Sequence record: SRR31156797_5907
Strand: one strand, 5' to 3'
Length of the DNA: 33,914 nucleotides
The notes under the pieces are model-generated. The model ran no database searches, was not told where the DNA came from, and was given only the letters and a program-made list of their open reading frames with translations. Within the stretch, counting starts at the first letter, position 1. Every line of letters begins with the position of its first letter. Both the position numbers and the translations under genes were made by a program. This document shows, piece by piece, positions 10,235 to 19,426 of the stretch.

Positions 10235-10674
10235 TGCAAATGAAGTTTGACCCAAAAATAAATCTGGAAGGTTTTAAAGCGTACTTTTCTGAAGGTGCTT
10301 TCTGGGAGAAGATCGGAAAGACTTCCCGGAAGGCTGGACTGCAGGTGGTATATTCAGCATTGCTGCTGTTTTACCTGATGGAATCGAGGTCCGTATCGGT
10401 CCGGGCAAAGGCCGGCATTATGGCAGCACTGGGGTATTTTATTTTGCCAACCGACCTGATACCTGACCTCGTGGTTGCTTTTGGTTTTTCTGATGATATT
10501 GCGGTATTGCTTTATGTTCTATCACAGGTGGCCGATAATATTACACCTGAGGTGAGAGACAAAGCCGCTAAAAAGTTGAGCGACTGGTTTGATAATGTGG
10601 ATGAAAAGGAGATTCTTTTGCTCGAGGAAAAGATTGCCAGCAAGGTAGTTGAGAATAATGAGGAACCAGATTAA
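10234..10674 (+). CDS. YkvA / DUF1232 family membrane protein
   Basis: ALGYFILPTDLIPD...GFSDD motif; TAATG stop/start overlap with pyk suggests translational coupling. Confidence 0.85.
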   Translation: MQMKFDPKINLEGFKAYFSEGAFWEKIGKTSRKAGLQVVYSALLLFYLMESRSVSVRAKAGIMAALGYFILPTDLIPDLVVAFGFSDDIAVLLYVLSQVADNITPEVRDKAAKKLSDWFDNVDEKEILLLEEKIASKVVENNEEPD

Positions 10675-11450
10675 TTCCTCCGGATAAAATTATAAGTGAT
10701 TGTCCCGATCTGGAACTCTGTTGCATTGGGATCCGGGGTAAACACAGATTTTTTGGCAGCATCCTCAGCCATTTTCCGCAATTGTGAATCAGTAATTGTT
10801 GTGCCTTTAACACCCGACTGTACCCTGACCACTTTACCCAGTTTATTCACCCATATTTTCACTACAACTTTGCCCTGCTCCATCGAATTATAGGCAGGTT
10901 TTGGCAGGTGGATTGATCCTCGACCTTCCAAATCGAAAGATATACCATCACCCTCACCGGCGATACCATCCTCCTTTTTGCTTTCGTTTGATCCGGTTTC
11001 TTTACCCTGATCGGCAGGCTTGTATTCGTTACCCTGGTTGCCTGATTCGTTATCATCGTTTTCCATGGGTTTGTAAAGGGCATCAGGATTTAGTTTGGGC
11101 TCCTCCTTAACTTCTTCTTCAACAATTTCTTCTTCAACAACTTCTTCGGTTATGGTTTCTTCCGGAACTTCTTCTTCAAGGGCAGGGGCTTCTTCCACAT
11201 CCTGGGTGATGATCTCTTTGGGCTGGGGCTTGGGCAACTCAGGTTGTGCCTGTTGGATGGGCTGCAATTTTTCGGGTTGGGAAAGTCCTGAACCGGTTAC
11301 ATCATAACCCAGGCTCACCTCAACACCTTCCTCCCCCGGCAAAGGCAGTGGTGTGCGAAGTGCCAGGAACAGGATCGCAACAAGGATCAGTACATGAAAA
11401 ATTATGGTACCGATCACGCCATGTGTTTTGTATTTATTGTCGTTTATCAT
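10671..11450 (-). CDS. tonB: TonB-family energy transducer
   Basis: N-terminal TM with His (IIFHVLIL), Pro/Glu-rich linker, C-terminal GKVVVKIWVNKLGKV...GTITYNF; downstream of exbB-exbD. Confidence 0.8.
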   Translation of the reverse strand: MINDNKYKTHGVIGTIIFHVLILVAILFLALRTPLPLPGEEGVEVSLGYDVTGSGLSQPEKLQPIQQAQPELPKPQPKEIITQDVEEAPALEEEVPEETITEEVVEEEIVEEEVKEEPKLNPDALYKPMENDDNESGNQGNEYKPADQGKETGSNESKKEDGIAGEGDGISFDLEGRGSIHLPKPAYNSMEQGKVVVKIWVNKLGKVVRVQSGVKGTTITDSQLRKMAEDAAKKSVFTPDPNATEFQIGTITYNFIRRN

Positions 11451-11496
11451 GTTTTTTCAGGGTTGCCCAATGATCCACGATGTTATCCGTTATTTG

Positions 11497-11516
11497 AGAC
11501 ACACGGCCGTGCGTCT
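11497..11516. repeat. Solo REP-like palindrome AGACACACGGCCGTGCGTCT
   Basis: 20-nt near-perfect palindrome (one mismatched pair) in the exbD-tonB spacer. Confidence 0.55.
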
Positions 11517-11541
11517 ATGCAAATAACCAATATCATCTCCC

Positions 11542-11952
11542 TTAATTCGGCCTTGTGGCCATAATCACTTTATGTTTGGTGTCGTATTTTTCGTTGATCT
11601 TATTTACTGCATCAATCACATTTACCACGTACTGAACCGATACCGATTGGTCAGCGCGTAGTACAACGGAACCTTCAAACTGGCCGGCGAGTTCATTACT
11701 CAACAAAGGTTCCAGTTGTTCCTCTTTTACGGGCATCTCGCCAATAAAATATTCAGCCTGATCATTCACATATACCGTTATGGTTTGCTTGGCCAGCGTT
11801 TTACTGCTGCTTTGTGGTAACAATAATTTAATTGCATTTGGCGCAACCAGTGTGGAAGTCAACATGAAAAAAATCAGGAGTAAAAACACCAGATCCGACA
11901 TGGATGCCATGCTGAACTGGACACTTCTTTTATTTCGGGTTTCTATTGCCAT
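11542..11952 (-). CDS. exbD: Biopolymer transport protein ExbD/TolR
   Basis: SMSDLVFLLLIFFM TM segment with the conserved Asp; LRAD motif. Confidence 0.92.
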   Translation of the reverse strand: MAIETRNKRSVQFSMASMSDLVFLLLIFFMLTSTLVAPNAIKLLLPQSSSKTLAKQTITVYVNDQAEYFIGEMPVKEEQLEPLLSNELAGQFEGSVVLRADQSVSVQYVVNVIDAVNKINEKYDTKHKVIMATRPN

Positions 11953-11976
11953 AAATCGGTGGATTCTTTTTTTGAC

Positions 11977-12681
11977 TTATTCAACAGGCTCATTGAGTAC
12001 ATCCATGAATTCGGTGGCACGTGCTTCGAGTTTGAAAACCAGTTTTTCAATCCGCGAAACGAGTACATTGTAGCAGATAAAAGCAATGATACCGACTATC
12101 AGGCCTGCAACTGTGGTGATCATGGCCTGGTAAATACCTGTTGAAAGTAGCGCAATGTCGATGTTATTTCCGGCCATCGACATATCATAAAATGCCCTGA
12201 TCATCCCTATAACGGTTCCCAAAAAGCCCAGCATCGGGCCCGCTCCGGCAATGGTAGCCAGTGTGGCAATATTTTTCTCAAGCCGTGAAACTTCGAGTTT
12301 TCCGACATTTTCGATGGCTGCGTTGATGTCATTCAACGGTTTGCCAATGCGTCTCAAACCTTTCTCAATCATTCTTGCAATGGGATTTTGTGTTTTTTTA
12401 CAAAGCGCGGTGGCTGCATCAATCTTTCCATCGTGGATGAAATCCCGGATGTGGTTCATGAAGTTGGTGTCCTCTTTTGATGCATTGGTGATGATCAGGA
12501 ACCTTTCGATAAAGATATAAATGGCAATTACAGAAAAAATTCCAAGGATCAGCATGATCCATCCGCCTTTAAGCACAAGTTCCCAAATCGACATGGTAAT
12601 TTCTCCTGCTTCACCGTTAAGGGCATTTGCTGTTGTGTCGGCAACTGCCGATCCTGCCTGTAATAAGATGCTTGCTAACAT
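11977..12681 (-). CDS. exbB: MotA/TolQ/ExbB proton channel protein
   Basis: GPMLGFLGTVIGMIRAF and GIYQAMITTVAGLIV motifs; ATG at 12681 preferred over TTG at 12690. Confidence 0.92.
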   Translation of the reverse strand: MLASILLQAGSAVADTTANALNGEAGEITMSIWELVLKGGWIMLILGIFSVIAIYIFIERFLIITNASKEDTNFMNHIRDFIHDGKIDAATALCKKTQNPIARMIEKGLRRIGKPLNDINAAIENVGKLEVSRLEKNIATLATIAGAGPMLGFLGTVIGMIRAFYDMSMAGNNIDIALLSTGIYQAMITTVAGLIVGIIAFICYNVLVSRIEKLVFKLEARATEFMDVLNEPVE

Positions 12682-12850
12682 TGCTATCAACTTAGTTTAT
12701 TTTGTTTTTTTATATAATCAGGTGTATCAACGATATGATCACTAACGTAAACAGTCGGTGATTATTAGGCGTCGGCTGAATTTTATGGGTATGAATAATA
12801 TTCGCGCAGATATAATGAATAATTCGGTAAGGAATTGCTGAGGCGATATA

Positions 12851-13834
12851 TCAGGCACTGATAATGTTTTCCACCTCCTGGTTGATCGATTGCCAGGTGG
12901 TGGTATCCATTTTGGCGCCAAGCACCTCGATGACTCTCCCTGCAAGTAGCGATCCGATTCTTCCACAAATGTTCACTGGCAAATCTTTGGCAAGTCCAAA
13001 AAGGAACCCCCCGGCATAAAGGTCTCCCGCTCCGGTTGTATCGATGCTTTTAGCTTCAATAACGCCGATTTTATGGACCTGATCCAGGTGCTTAACCATG
13101 GAACCATTTTTGCCCACTTTCACAATGGCGATCTCACAATCGTTATAGAGTTTGTGTAGCGCTTCTTCCGGATTGAGGCCGGTAAAAGTTTTGGCTTCGT
13201 CCTCGTTGGTGAAAACGATGTCCACATAATTGCTCACGATCTCTTTCAGGAAATCCAGGTTTTCACGAACCACGTCAAAGCTGGCTAGGTCGAGTGATAC
13301 TTTTACGTTATTGTCTTTTGCCAGTTTAACTGCTTTCCGGAGCAGTTCGTGATTTTGAACCAGGTACCCTTCGATGTGGAAATAGTCATAACCCTGGAAT
13401 TGTTCATTTGTGATGTCGTCAGGAGATAATTCTATGGCACAGCCCAGGTTTACGGCAAACGTTCTTTCAGAGTCGGGTGTAACCAGTGCAACGGCAACAC
13501 CTGTAGGAGCCTGACCTTTAAGGAGTAATGGCTGGATATTGTTTTTCAGCATGTCTTCCTCCATGAAAGTCCCGTTGATATCGTTTGCCACCTTTCCAAT
13601 GAAACCCGCTTCCATGCCCAGATTTACCACACCATTTATTGTGTTAGCCGCTGATCCGCCCGGTGCTTTTTCCGCCGGAAGGTGTTTCAAATCGTTCATG
13701 AGGTTTTGAACTGTGGCTGCATCGGTGAGGCGCATGCCACCTTTTTCGAGTTGGTATTTTTCAAAGATCGATTCATCTTCAATCCTTATCATGATATCCA
13801 CCAGGGCATTGCCCATGCCTAATACCTTTGCCAT
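12851..13834 (-). CDS. PfkB-family carbohydrate/nucleoside (adenosine-like) kinase
   Basis: GNALVD, GGSAANT, NEDEA and DTTGAGD signatures. Confidence 0.9.
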   Translation of the reverse strand: MAKVLGMGNALVDIMIRIEDESIFEKYQLEKGGMRLTDAATVQNLMNDLKHLPAEKAPGGSAANTINGVVNLGMEAGFIGKVANDINGTFMEEDMLKNNIQPLLLKGQAPTGVAVALVTPDSERTFAVNLGCAIELSPDDITNEQFQGYDYFHIEGYLVQNHELLRKAVKLAKDNNVKVSLDLASFDVVRENLDFLKEIVSNYVDIVFTNEDEAKTFTGLNPEEALHKLYNDCEIAIVKVGKNGSMVKHLDQVHKIGVIEAKSIDTTGAGDLYAGGFLFGLAKDLPVNICGRIGSLLAGRVIEVLGAKMDTTTWQSINQEVENIISA

Positions 13835-13877
13835 AATCTGATCATCTTAAATTTAAATATTCACAAAAATTTTTTGG

Positions 13878-13915
13878 CAAAAGTATTGCTATTTTGGAAA
13901 CAATATCTATTTTTG
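13878..13915. promoter_or_regulatory. Back-to-back divergent promoters for the PfkB kinase operon (minus, TACTTTTG at 13878-13885) and tRNA-Asn (plus, TATTTTTG at 13908-13915)
   Basis: Both match TAnnTTTG. The plus-strand box has TTG 19 nt upstream (13886-13888). Confidence 0.55.
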
Positions 13916-13961
13916 CAGCCGCTTTTCAAAAAAGCGACTCATTCTTAAGATAGAACATTAT

Positions 13962-14035
13962 TCCTCCTTAGCTCAGTTGGTTAGAGCATCTGACTGTTAA
14001 TCAGAGGGTCCTTGGTTCAAGTCCAAGAGGGGGAG
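13962..14035 (+). tRNA. tRNA-Asn(GTT), CCA not encoded
   Basis: Acceptor TCCTCCT/AGGGGGA plus G discriminator; D-arm GCTC...GAGC; anticodon arm TCTGA-CT GTT AA-TCAGA (GTT at 13996-13998); T-arm CTTGG-TTCAAGT-CCAAG. Confidence 0.97.
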
Positions 14036-14045
14036 CTTCAAAATC

Positions 14046-14080
14046 AAAGGCTTACGGTTTTCGCAACTGTAAGCCTTTTT
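14046..14080 (+). terminator. Rho-independent (probably bidirectional) terminator after tRNA-Asn
   Basis: AAAGGCTTACGGTT / AACTGTAAGCCTTT stem (one G-T pair) ending in a T-run. Confidence 0.75.
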
Positions 14081-14219
14081 CAATTCCGCACACAATTCCG
14101 TTTCCTAAATCCATAACGATTTCCATGTATGGTAAGAATTCATCAAACCATACCGTTAAAAGGATGATCAAAATGTTCGTGGGATGTAAAGGGTTTGCAA
14201 TTCTGATGCGATGAAATTA

Positions 14220-16487
14220 TTATGATTTAGTGGAAGATTCCTGGTTTTCCTCCCCCTCCAAACTCGCAAACACCAGCCTGATTTCGCCGTAACCATAATC
14301 TTCACCCAAAATCTGGCGGACTTCGCCGAGGGAGGTGGCTTCGGTTTCGTGGATGCATTCGGCGATGGTTTTGGTTTTTTTAGGATCAACCAGTTCATCA
14401 ATTTTCACATCACCACTTTTCAGGTAGGGCACAAAATGCCCCATGATGGTGCCGATTGTGAGGCCGCGTTCTTTGGCGATTTCTTCAGGTGAATTACCTT
14501 CCTTGTATAAATCGAAAGTGATTTTGCGGGTGTTGGGTTTGGGTGCTTTCTTCTCTTTTTTTGTTTTATGGGATGGTTTAAATGCGTTAGTTTCCCTGGC
14601 TGCTTCCATACGATCAGCATACAGCTTACTTTGTTGCAATTCCGATTTGGAAAGTTCTTTCTCCTCAATGGTTGATTTTACAATGGCCTCACTTTTATAC
14701 ATAAAATAAAGCTGTCTGAAAAAGTGGTTTTCCAACTCCTTTAGTTCATTGATGTAGGTCTTGATTCTTTTTTCACTTTTCAGGTTATCGATGTGATCAA
14801 AAATCTGTTTGGAGAAATCTTTAAGGATCGGTTCAAAAAAGGCTTTTGCTGCACCGATGCGTTGGTGTAAAAACTGTATGTCGGGTTTGGACTTTTTGGT
14901 AATTGCGGTAATCTGGTCCTGGAATTTTTGGGATACATTCAGTGGTTCATCAATTTTGTTTAACAATTCACCGGCCCACATTTTATGTTTTTGTTTGGCT
15001 GATTTTCCCTGATCTTTATCGTAGCTGCGGTAATGGTAGAAAAGCTCTGTTTTGAGAGGTTCAAAATCGAATGCTTTCAGGGCTTGTTGGCTTAAAAAAT
15101 TGAGTTGTTCGGTAGTCAGGTTTTGTTCCAGTTGCCCGGCCGGAATTTTATTACCGGCGTAGTTACTCACAAATTCGTCGATGTTCAGGCTATTGGGTGT
15201 AAGACGTGTCGACAACACTAGCCCGCTAAGAGTTCGTAATCTCGAAAGTGCAACATACACCTGGCCGGGTGCAAAGGCTCCCGCAAGGTCAATTACTGCC
15301 TTATCGAAAGTAAGGCCCTGGCTTTTGTGCACCGTTACGGCCCAGGCAAGTTTAACGGGATAATGTCTGAAGGTTCCAATGATTTTATCCTCAATCTCAC
15401 CGTTTTCCTGGTTCAGGGTGTAGCGTTTGTTTTCCCATGTGTATCGTTCAACGTCAACGGAATCAGAGCCATCATCAAATCCTACAATAATCTCATCTTC
15501 GTCAAGTGATTTTACGATTCCTATCTTACCGTTGTAAAACTGCCCCTCTCCTGAAGGGTCATTTTTTACGAACATTACCCGGGCACCTACTTTCAGATAC
15601 AGGTCATGTTCCAGCGGGAAACTGTGTTCGGGGAAATCACCTTCCACAGCAGCCTGAAACGTAATTGATTCGCCTTTCAGGTTATTCAGGGCGTTGCGGT
15701 TTTTTTCGTCAGCTTTGTAGTTGTGGGTGGTGATAAAGATATGCCCGTCATCAATTTTCTTTTGGAAATCTGGTGTATATGACTGGTTGAGTTTCTGCAG
15801 GTCTTCGTTGGTAGGTTTATTATTTCTGAATCTCCCCAGAATTTCAATAAATTCCTGTTCGGTTTGCCGGTAAATCTTATCGAGCTCAATATAAACAGGT
15901 TGGCGGTTTTTGAGGACATGTGCCTCGAAAAAGTATGCCGATTTATAATAGGACGAAAGGTAACGCCATTCAGGGTCTTTCACAACAGGAGGGAGTTGAA
16001 GCAGGTCGCCGATAAACAACATCTGAACTCCGCCAAATGGAAATTCCCGTTTTCGGCGTACTGATCGCAGCATAGCGTCGATGGCGTCGAGCAGGTCAGC
16101 ACGGAGCATGCTCACCTCGTCAATGATCAGGAGCTCGATCTCGCGTAGCAATTCCAGCTTAACTTTGTTGAATCTGCGGTTATGGCGGATGGTTTTCGGG
16201 GTGTTGATTTCCACATCAATGTCATGCATTCCGGGTGGCAGTTCTGCAGGTATAAAGCATCCAAAGGGTAGTTGCAAAAGCGAATGTAAAGTAACACCAC
16301 CTGCGTTGATGGCAGCAATACCCGTGGGGGCGGCAACAACACACTTTTTGTGGGTTTTGGTAACAAGTTGTTTCAAAAAGGTGGTTTTGCCCGTGCCTGC
16401 TCTGCCGGTTAAAAAAATATGCCGGTTTGTGGAATTTACATATTGTGAGGCTATTTGAGCAAGTTCATTGGTTTCAACTTCATTCAT
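14220..16487 (-). CDS. PIF1/RecD-like SF1B helicase with C-terminal helix-turn-helix domain
   Basis: Walker A GRAGTGKT, APTGIAA, Walker B IIDEVSM, GDLLQLPPV, TVHKSQG, GQVYVALSR; C-terminal EEIAKERGLTIGTIMGH HTH. Confidence 0.9.
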   Translation of the reverse strand: MNEVETNELAQIASQYVNSTNRHIFLTGRAGTGKTTFLKQLVTKTHKKCVVAAPTGIAAINAGGVTLHSLLQLPFGCFIPAELPPGMHDIDVEINTPKTIRHNRRFNKVKLELLREIELLIIDEVSMLRADLLDAIDAMLRSVRRKREFPFGGVQMLFIGDLLQLPPVVKDPEWRYLSSYYKSAYFFEAHVLKNRQPVYIELDKIYRQTEQEFIEILGRFRNNKPTNEDLQKLNQSYTPDFQKKIDDGHIFITTHNYKADEKNRNALNNLKGESITFQAAVEGDFPEHSFPLEHDLYLKVGARVMFVKNDPSGEGQFYNGKIGIVKSLDEDEIIVGFDDGSDSVDVERYTWENKRYTLNQENGEIEDKIIGTFRHYPVKLAWAVTVHKSQGLTFDKAVIDLAGAFAPGQVYVALSRLRTLSGLVLSTRLTPNSLNIDEFVSNYAGNKIPAGQLEQNLTTEQLNFLSQQALKAFDFEPLKTELFYHYRSYDKDQGKSAKQKHKMWAGELLNKIDEPLNVSQKFQDQITAITKKSKPDIQFLHQRIGAAKAFFEPILKDFSKQIFDHIDNLKSEKRIKTYINELKELENHFFRQLYFMYKSEAIVKSTIEEKELSKSELQQSKLYADRMEAARETNAFKPSHKTKKEKKAPKPNTRKITFDLYKEGNSPEEIAKERGLTIGTIMGHFVPYLKSGDVKIDELVDPKKTKTIAECIHETEATSLGEVRQILGEDYGYGEIRLVFASLEGEENQESSTKS

Positions 16488-16597
16488 CCAAATTCAGGGT
16501 TAAAATTGAATTTGTAAAGGTAGAATTTTTTCAAAGGCCAGCTTTAAGCCACTTTTTTTTATCGCACGTTTCACCAGAAAATATCCTGATAATTCGT

Positions 16598-16605
16598 TAG
16601 ATTTG
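16598..16605 (+). promoter_or_regulatory. -7 element (TAGATTTG) upstream of the DUF433 pseudogene
   Basis: TAnnTTTG match 30 nt before ATG 16636. Confidence 0.45.
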
Positions 16606-16635
16606 CTGATTAATCATATTAAAGCACTAAGAATT

Positions 16636-16869
16636 ATGAACTGGAAGTAACATATCGAATTTAATCGGAACAAACTTTATGGTAAACCGGTGATCATAAA
16701 TACAAGGATTCCAGTAGACCTGATTTTGAAAAAATTAGCTTTCGGCGACACTACTGAGGATTTACTGGACGCTTATCCAAAAATTTCTAAAGAGGATATT
16801 TCAGCTTGTTTGTTTTTCGCAGCTGATTCGATAGAGAATGAGATTCTTATTCCAAGGGCCTCATTATAA
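16636..16869 (+). pseudogene. DUF433-family (antitoxin-like) gene with premature stop at codon 5
   Basis: Manual translation MNWK*HIEFNRNKLYGKPVIINTRIPVDLILKKLAFGDTTEDLLDAYPKISKEDISACLFFAADSIENEILIPRASL*; GKP-x-I-x-x-TRIPV...YP-x-I-x-x-EDI is the DUF433 signature; TAA at 16648-16650. Confidence 0.85.
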
Positions 16870-16940
16870 TGCGGGTTGTTGCAAACGTAGGCCATGTTTT
16901 ATCCTATACTCAATGCTACAGCATATTACAATTAATGTAA
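16869..16940 (+). pseudogene. Possible 5' remnant of the cognate PIN-like (DUF5615-type) toxin
   Basis: TAATG-coupled start; MRVVAN... resembles the MRFLA(D/N)EN start of these toxins, then diverges and stops after 23 codons. Confidence 0.35.
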
Positions 16941-16983
16941 ATTCTTATTGCACCTGGCGCCACGCGCTATGCTCTCCGCAAAC

Positions 16984-19389
16984 TTAAAAAATCTTTGGAT
17001 ACTTATAAGGGTTCACTTCATGCATGAGGTTGTATACCGCGTCAAATACATCCTCGGCATTGGGATTTGAAAAATAATCACCATCGGTGCTATACGCCGG
17101 ACGATGATCATGGGCTGAAACCGTTATGGGTTGGGCATCCAGATAGAAATACCCTTTTTGATCTTCCATCACTTTTTGCATCATAAATGCTGTTGCACCA
17201 CCCGGAACGTCCTCATCGAAGAATACGATTTTGTTGGTCTTTTTGAGTGATTCCACGATGGTATGGTTGATGTCGAATGGCAGTAACGATTGAACATCGA
17301 TCAATTCCACATCGATCCCAAAATCCTGTAATTGTGCAGCAGCATCTTCGGCAATGCGCACACAAGAGCCATAGGTAACGATTGTTACATCAGTCCCTTG
17401 TTTCAATACTTCGGGAACTCCGATTGGCACATTGAACTCCCCGATATTTGAAGGCACTCTTTCGCGCAGGCGGTAGCCGTTAAGTGGCTCTATGATCAGG
17501 GCCGGATCGTCGGAGGCCAGGATGGTGTTGTAAAATCCTGCAGCTTGTGTGAGGTTTCGTGGAACCAAAACATGCACCCCGCGAATGGAGTTGATGACCA
17601 TGCTTAGCGGCGATCCGGAGTGCCAGATACCTTCAAGGCGGTGGCCGCGCGTACTTACGATCAACGGGGCTTTTTGCCCTCCGGCCGTGCGGTAGGTAAG
17701 GGTCGCCAGGTCATCGCTCATCACCTGGAGTGCATAAAGCAGGTAATCGAAATACTGCACCTCAGCGATGGGGCGCAGGCCGCGCATAGCCAGTCCAAGG
17801 CCCTGACCAACGATGGTTGCTTCGCGAATTCCGGTATCAAAAATGCGGTGCTCACCATATTTTTCCTGCAAGCCTTCGTAGGTTTGATTGACGCCGCCAA
17901 TTTTCCCGACATCCTCTCCAAAGGCAATTACACGTGGATTGTTTTCAAAAATATGATCAAAGTTATCGCGCAAAATTTCCCTGCCCGGGATGGATTTGGC
18001 ATCGTTGCCATAAACCGCCGGAACATGCTTTACTTTAAAGGCTGAGTGTTTGTCCTCGGCGTGGAGATGCGTATTGAATCGTTGTCGGTTGGTTTCAATA
18101 GATTTATCCAGCCATTTTCTAACATTGTTTTTGAGTGAATGCTCCGGGTCGCTGCAAGAGTCACAGATTAAGCGAAGGGTTTTTTTAGCCTGTGAATTGG
18201 TGTCTTTGCGGATGGGATCAGCAATTTTTGAAAGGTCTTCCTTAAGTGCTGCAATTTTGTCGGTTTTGGAACAATTACATGTGCTGATATCAACAATGTT
18301 CAGGAAGTCTTGACGCTTTTTCTGTAACGGTTTCATGAAATGGTTCCAGGCTTTTTTCTTTGCTTCTCTCACAGCTTTCACAGCATCTTTTTCAATTTTG
18401 TCGAGTTCCCCTTCAGTTGCCAGCTTTTCATCCAGTATCCACTCGCGCATTTTTTTGATACCGTCAAAATCCTTTTCAAACTGCAATCTTTTGGGGGACT
18501 TATAGCGTTCGTGCGATCCCGAGGTGGAATGGCCCTGGGGTTGAGTAAGTTCAACCACGTGAAACAAAACAGGGATATGTTGTTCACGGCAAATTTTCAC
18601 ACCTTCTTCATAAACACGGCATAATTCCGGGTAATCCCATCCATTGACGTTATATATTTTGAAACCGGGAGACTTTTTGTTTTCAGTGAAACCGGCCAGC
18701 GCTTCAGAAATGCTACCTTTAATGGTTTGATACTTCCTGGGCACTGATATCCCGAAACCATCGTCCCAGATCGACATGGCAAGTGGTACCTGGAGCAGTC
18801 CGGCGGCATTCATGGCTTCCCAGAATGCACCTTCCGATGTTGATGAATCGCCGATTGTTCCGAAGGCAACTTCATTTCCATTGTTCGAAAACTGATCGAA
18901 TTTTTTCAGGTCAGGGTTTTTGCGGTAAAAGTAGGATGCATAAGCAAGCCCGAGCAGCCGGGGCATTTGCCCTGCAGTTGGGGAGATGTCGGCGGATGAA
19001 TTTTTCATTTGGATTTGGTTCATCCAATTGCCTTTATCATCGATGAAGCGCGTGGCAAAGTGGTTGTTCATCAGGCGGCCAACTGTGCCGGGATTAAAAT
19101 CTTTGTCGGTGTCACCATAAAGCTGGGCAAAAAATTCTTCCAGGGAAAAAATTCCGGCGGCCATCATAAACGTCTGGTCGCGATAATAGCCTGATCGCCA
19201 GTCCCCTTTTTGAAAAACCCTGGCCATGGCCAGTTGTGGGATTTCCTTTCCATCGCCAAAGATGCCGAACTTGGCTTTACCCGTAAGCACTTCGCGCCGC
19301 CCCATCAGGCTGGCCTGACGGCTTTCGTTGGCAATGCGGTAATCGTTTAATACTTCTTCCTTGTCCATTTTTTGTTTGCTGTTGCCCAT
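16984..19389 (-). CDS. Fused E1 alpha/beta 2-oxoacid dehydrogenase (branched-chain/pyruvate-type, TPP-dependent)
   Basis: 801 aa; KFGIFGDGKE, YYRDQ, TPP motif GDSSTSEG...N, GHSTSGSHERY, GEDVG..GGV, DTGIREATI, HSGSP. Confidence 0.9.
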   Translation of the reverse strand: MGNSKQKMDKEEVLNDYRIANESRQASLMGRREVLTGKAKFGIFGDGKEIPQLAMARVFQKGDWRSGYYRDQTFMMAAGIFSLEEFFAQLYGDTDKDFNPGTVGRLMNNHFATRFIDDKGNWMNQIQMKNSSADISPTAGQMPRLLGLAYASYFYRKNPDLKKFDQFSNNGNEVAFGTIGDSSTSEGAFWEAMNAAGLLQVPLAMSIWDDGFGISVPRKYQTIKGSISEALAGFTENKKSPGFKIYNVNGWDYPELCRVYEEGVKICREQHIPVLFHVVELTQPQGHSTSGSHERYKSPKRLQFEKDFDGIKKMREWILDEKLATEGELDKIEKDAVKAVREAKKKAWNHFMKPLQKKRQDFLNIVDISTCNCSKTDKIAALKEDLSKIADPIRKDTNSQAKKTLRLICDSCSDPEHSLKNNVRKWLDKSIETNRQRFNTHLHAEDKHSAFKVKHVPAVYGNDAKSIPGREILRDNFDHIFENNPRVIAFGEDVGKIGGVNQTYEGLQEKYGEHRIFDTGIREATIVGQGLGLAMRGLRPIAEVQYFDYLLYALQVMSDDLATLTYRTAGGQKAPLIVSTRGHRLEGIWHSGSPLSMVINSIRGVHVLVPRNLTQAAGFYNTILASDDPALIIEPLNGYRLRERVPSNIGEFNVPIGVPEVLKQGTDVTIVTYGSCVRIAEDAAAQLQDFGIDVELIDVQSLLPFDINHTIVESLKKTNKIVFFDEDVPGGATAFMMQKVMEDQKGYFYLDAQPITVSAHDHRPAYSTDGDYFSNPNAEDVFDAVYNLMHEVNPYKYPKIF

Positions 19390-19418
19390 AACTTTTTATC
19401 CTGAAGAGTTTTAATTGA

Positions 19419-19426
19419 CAAAAATA
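19419..19426 (-). promoter_or_regulatory. -7 element (TATTTTTG on minus strand) for the E1 gene
   Basis: caaaaata on the plus strand, about 30 nt upstream of ATG 19389. Confidence 0.5.

Noticed and set aside
10671..10674. Convergent ykvA-like and tonB stop codons sharing TTAA
   Set aside because: A common compact-genome arrangement with no further signal.
14220..16487. Helicase beside tRNA as a defence or prophage gene
   Set aside because: PIF1-like + HTH helicases are widespread chromosomal genes in Bacteroidota; no integrase, nuclease partner or phage genes are adjacent.
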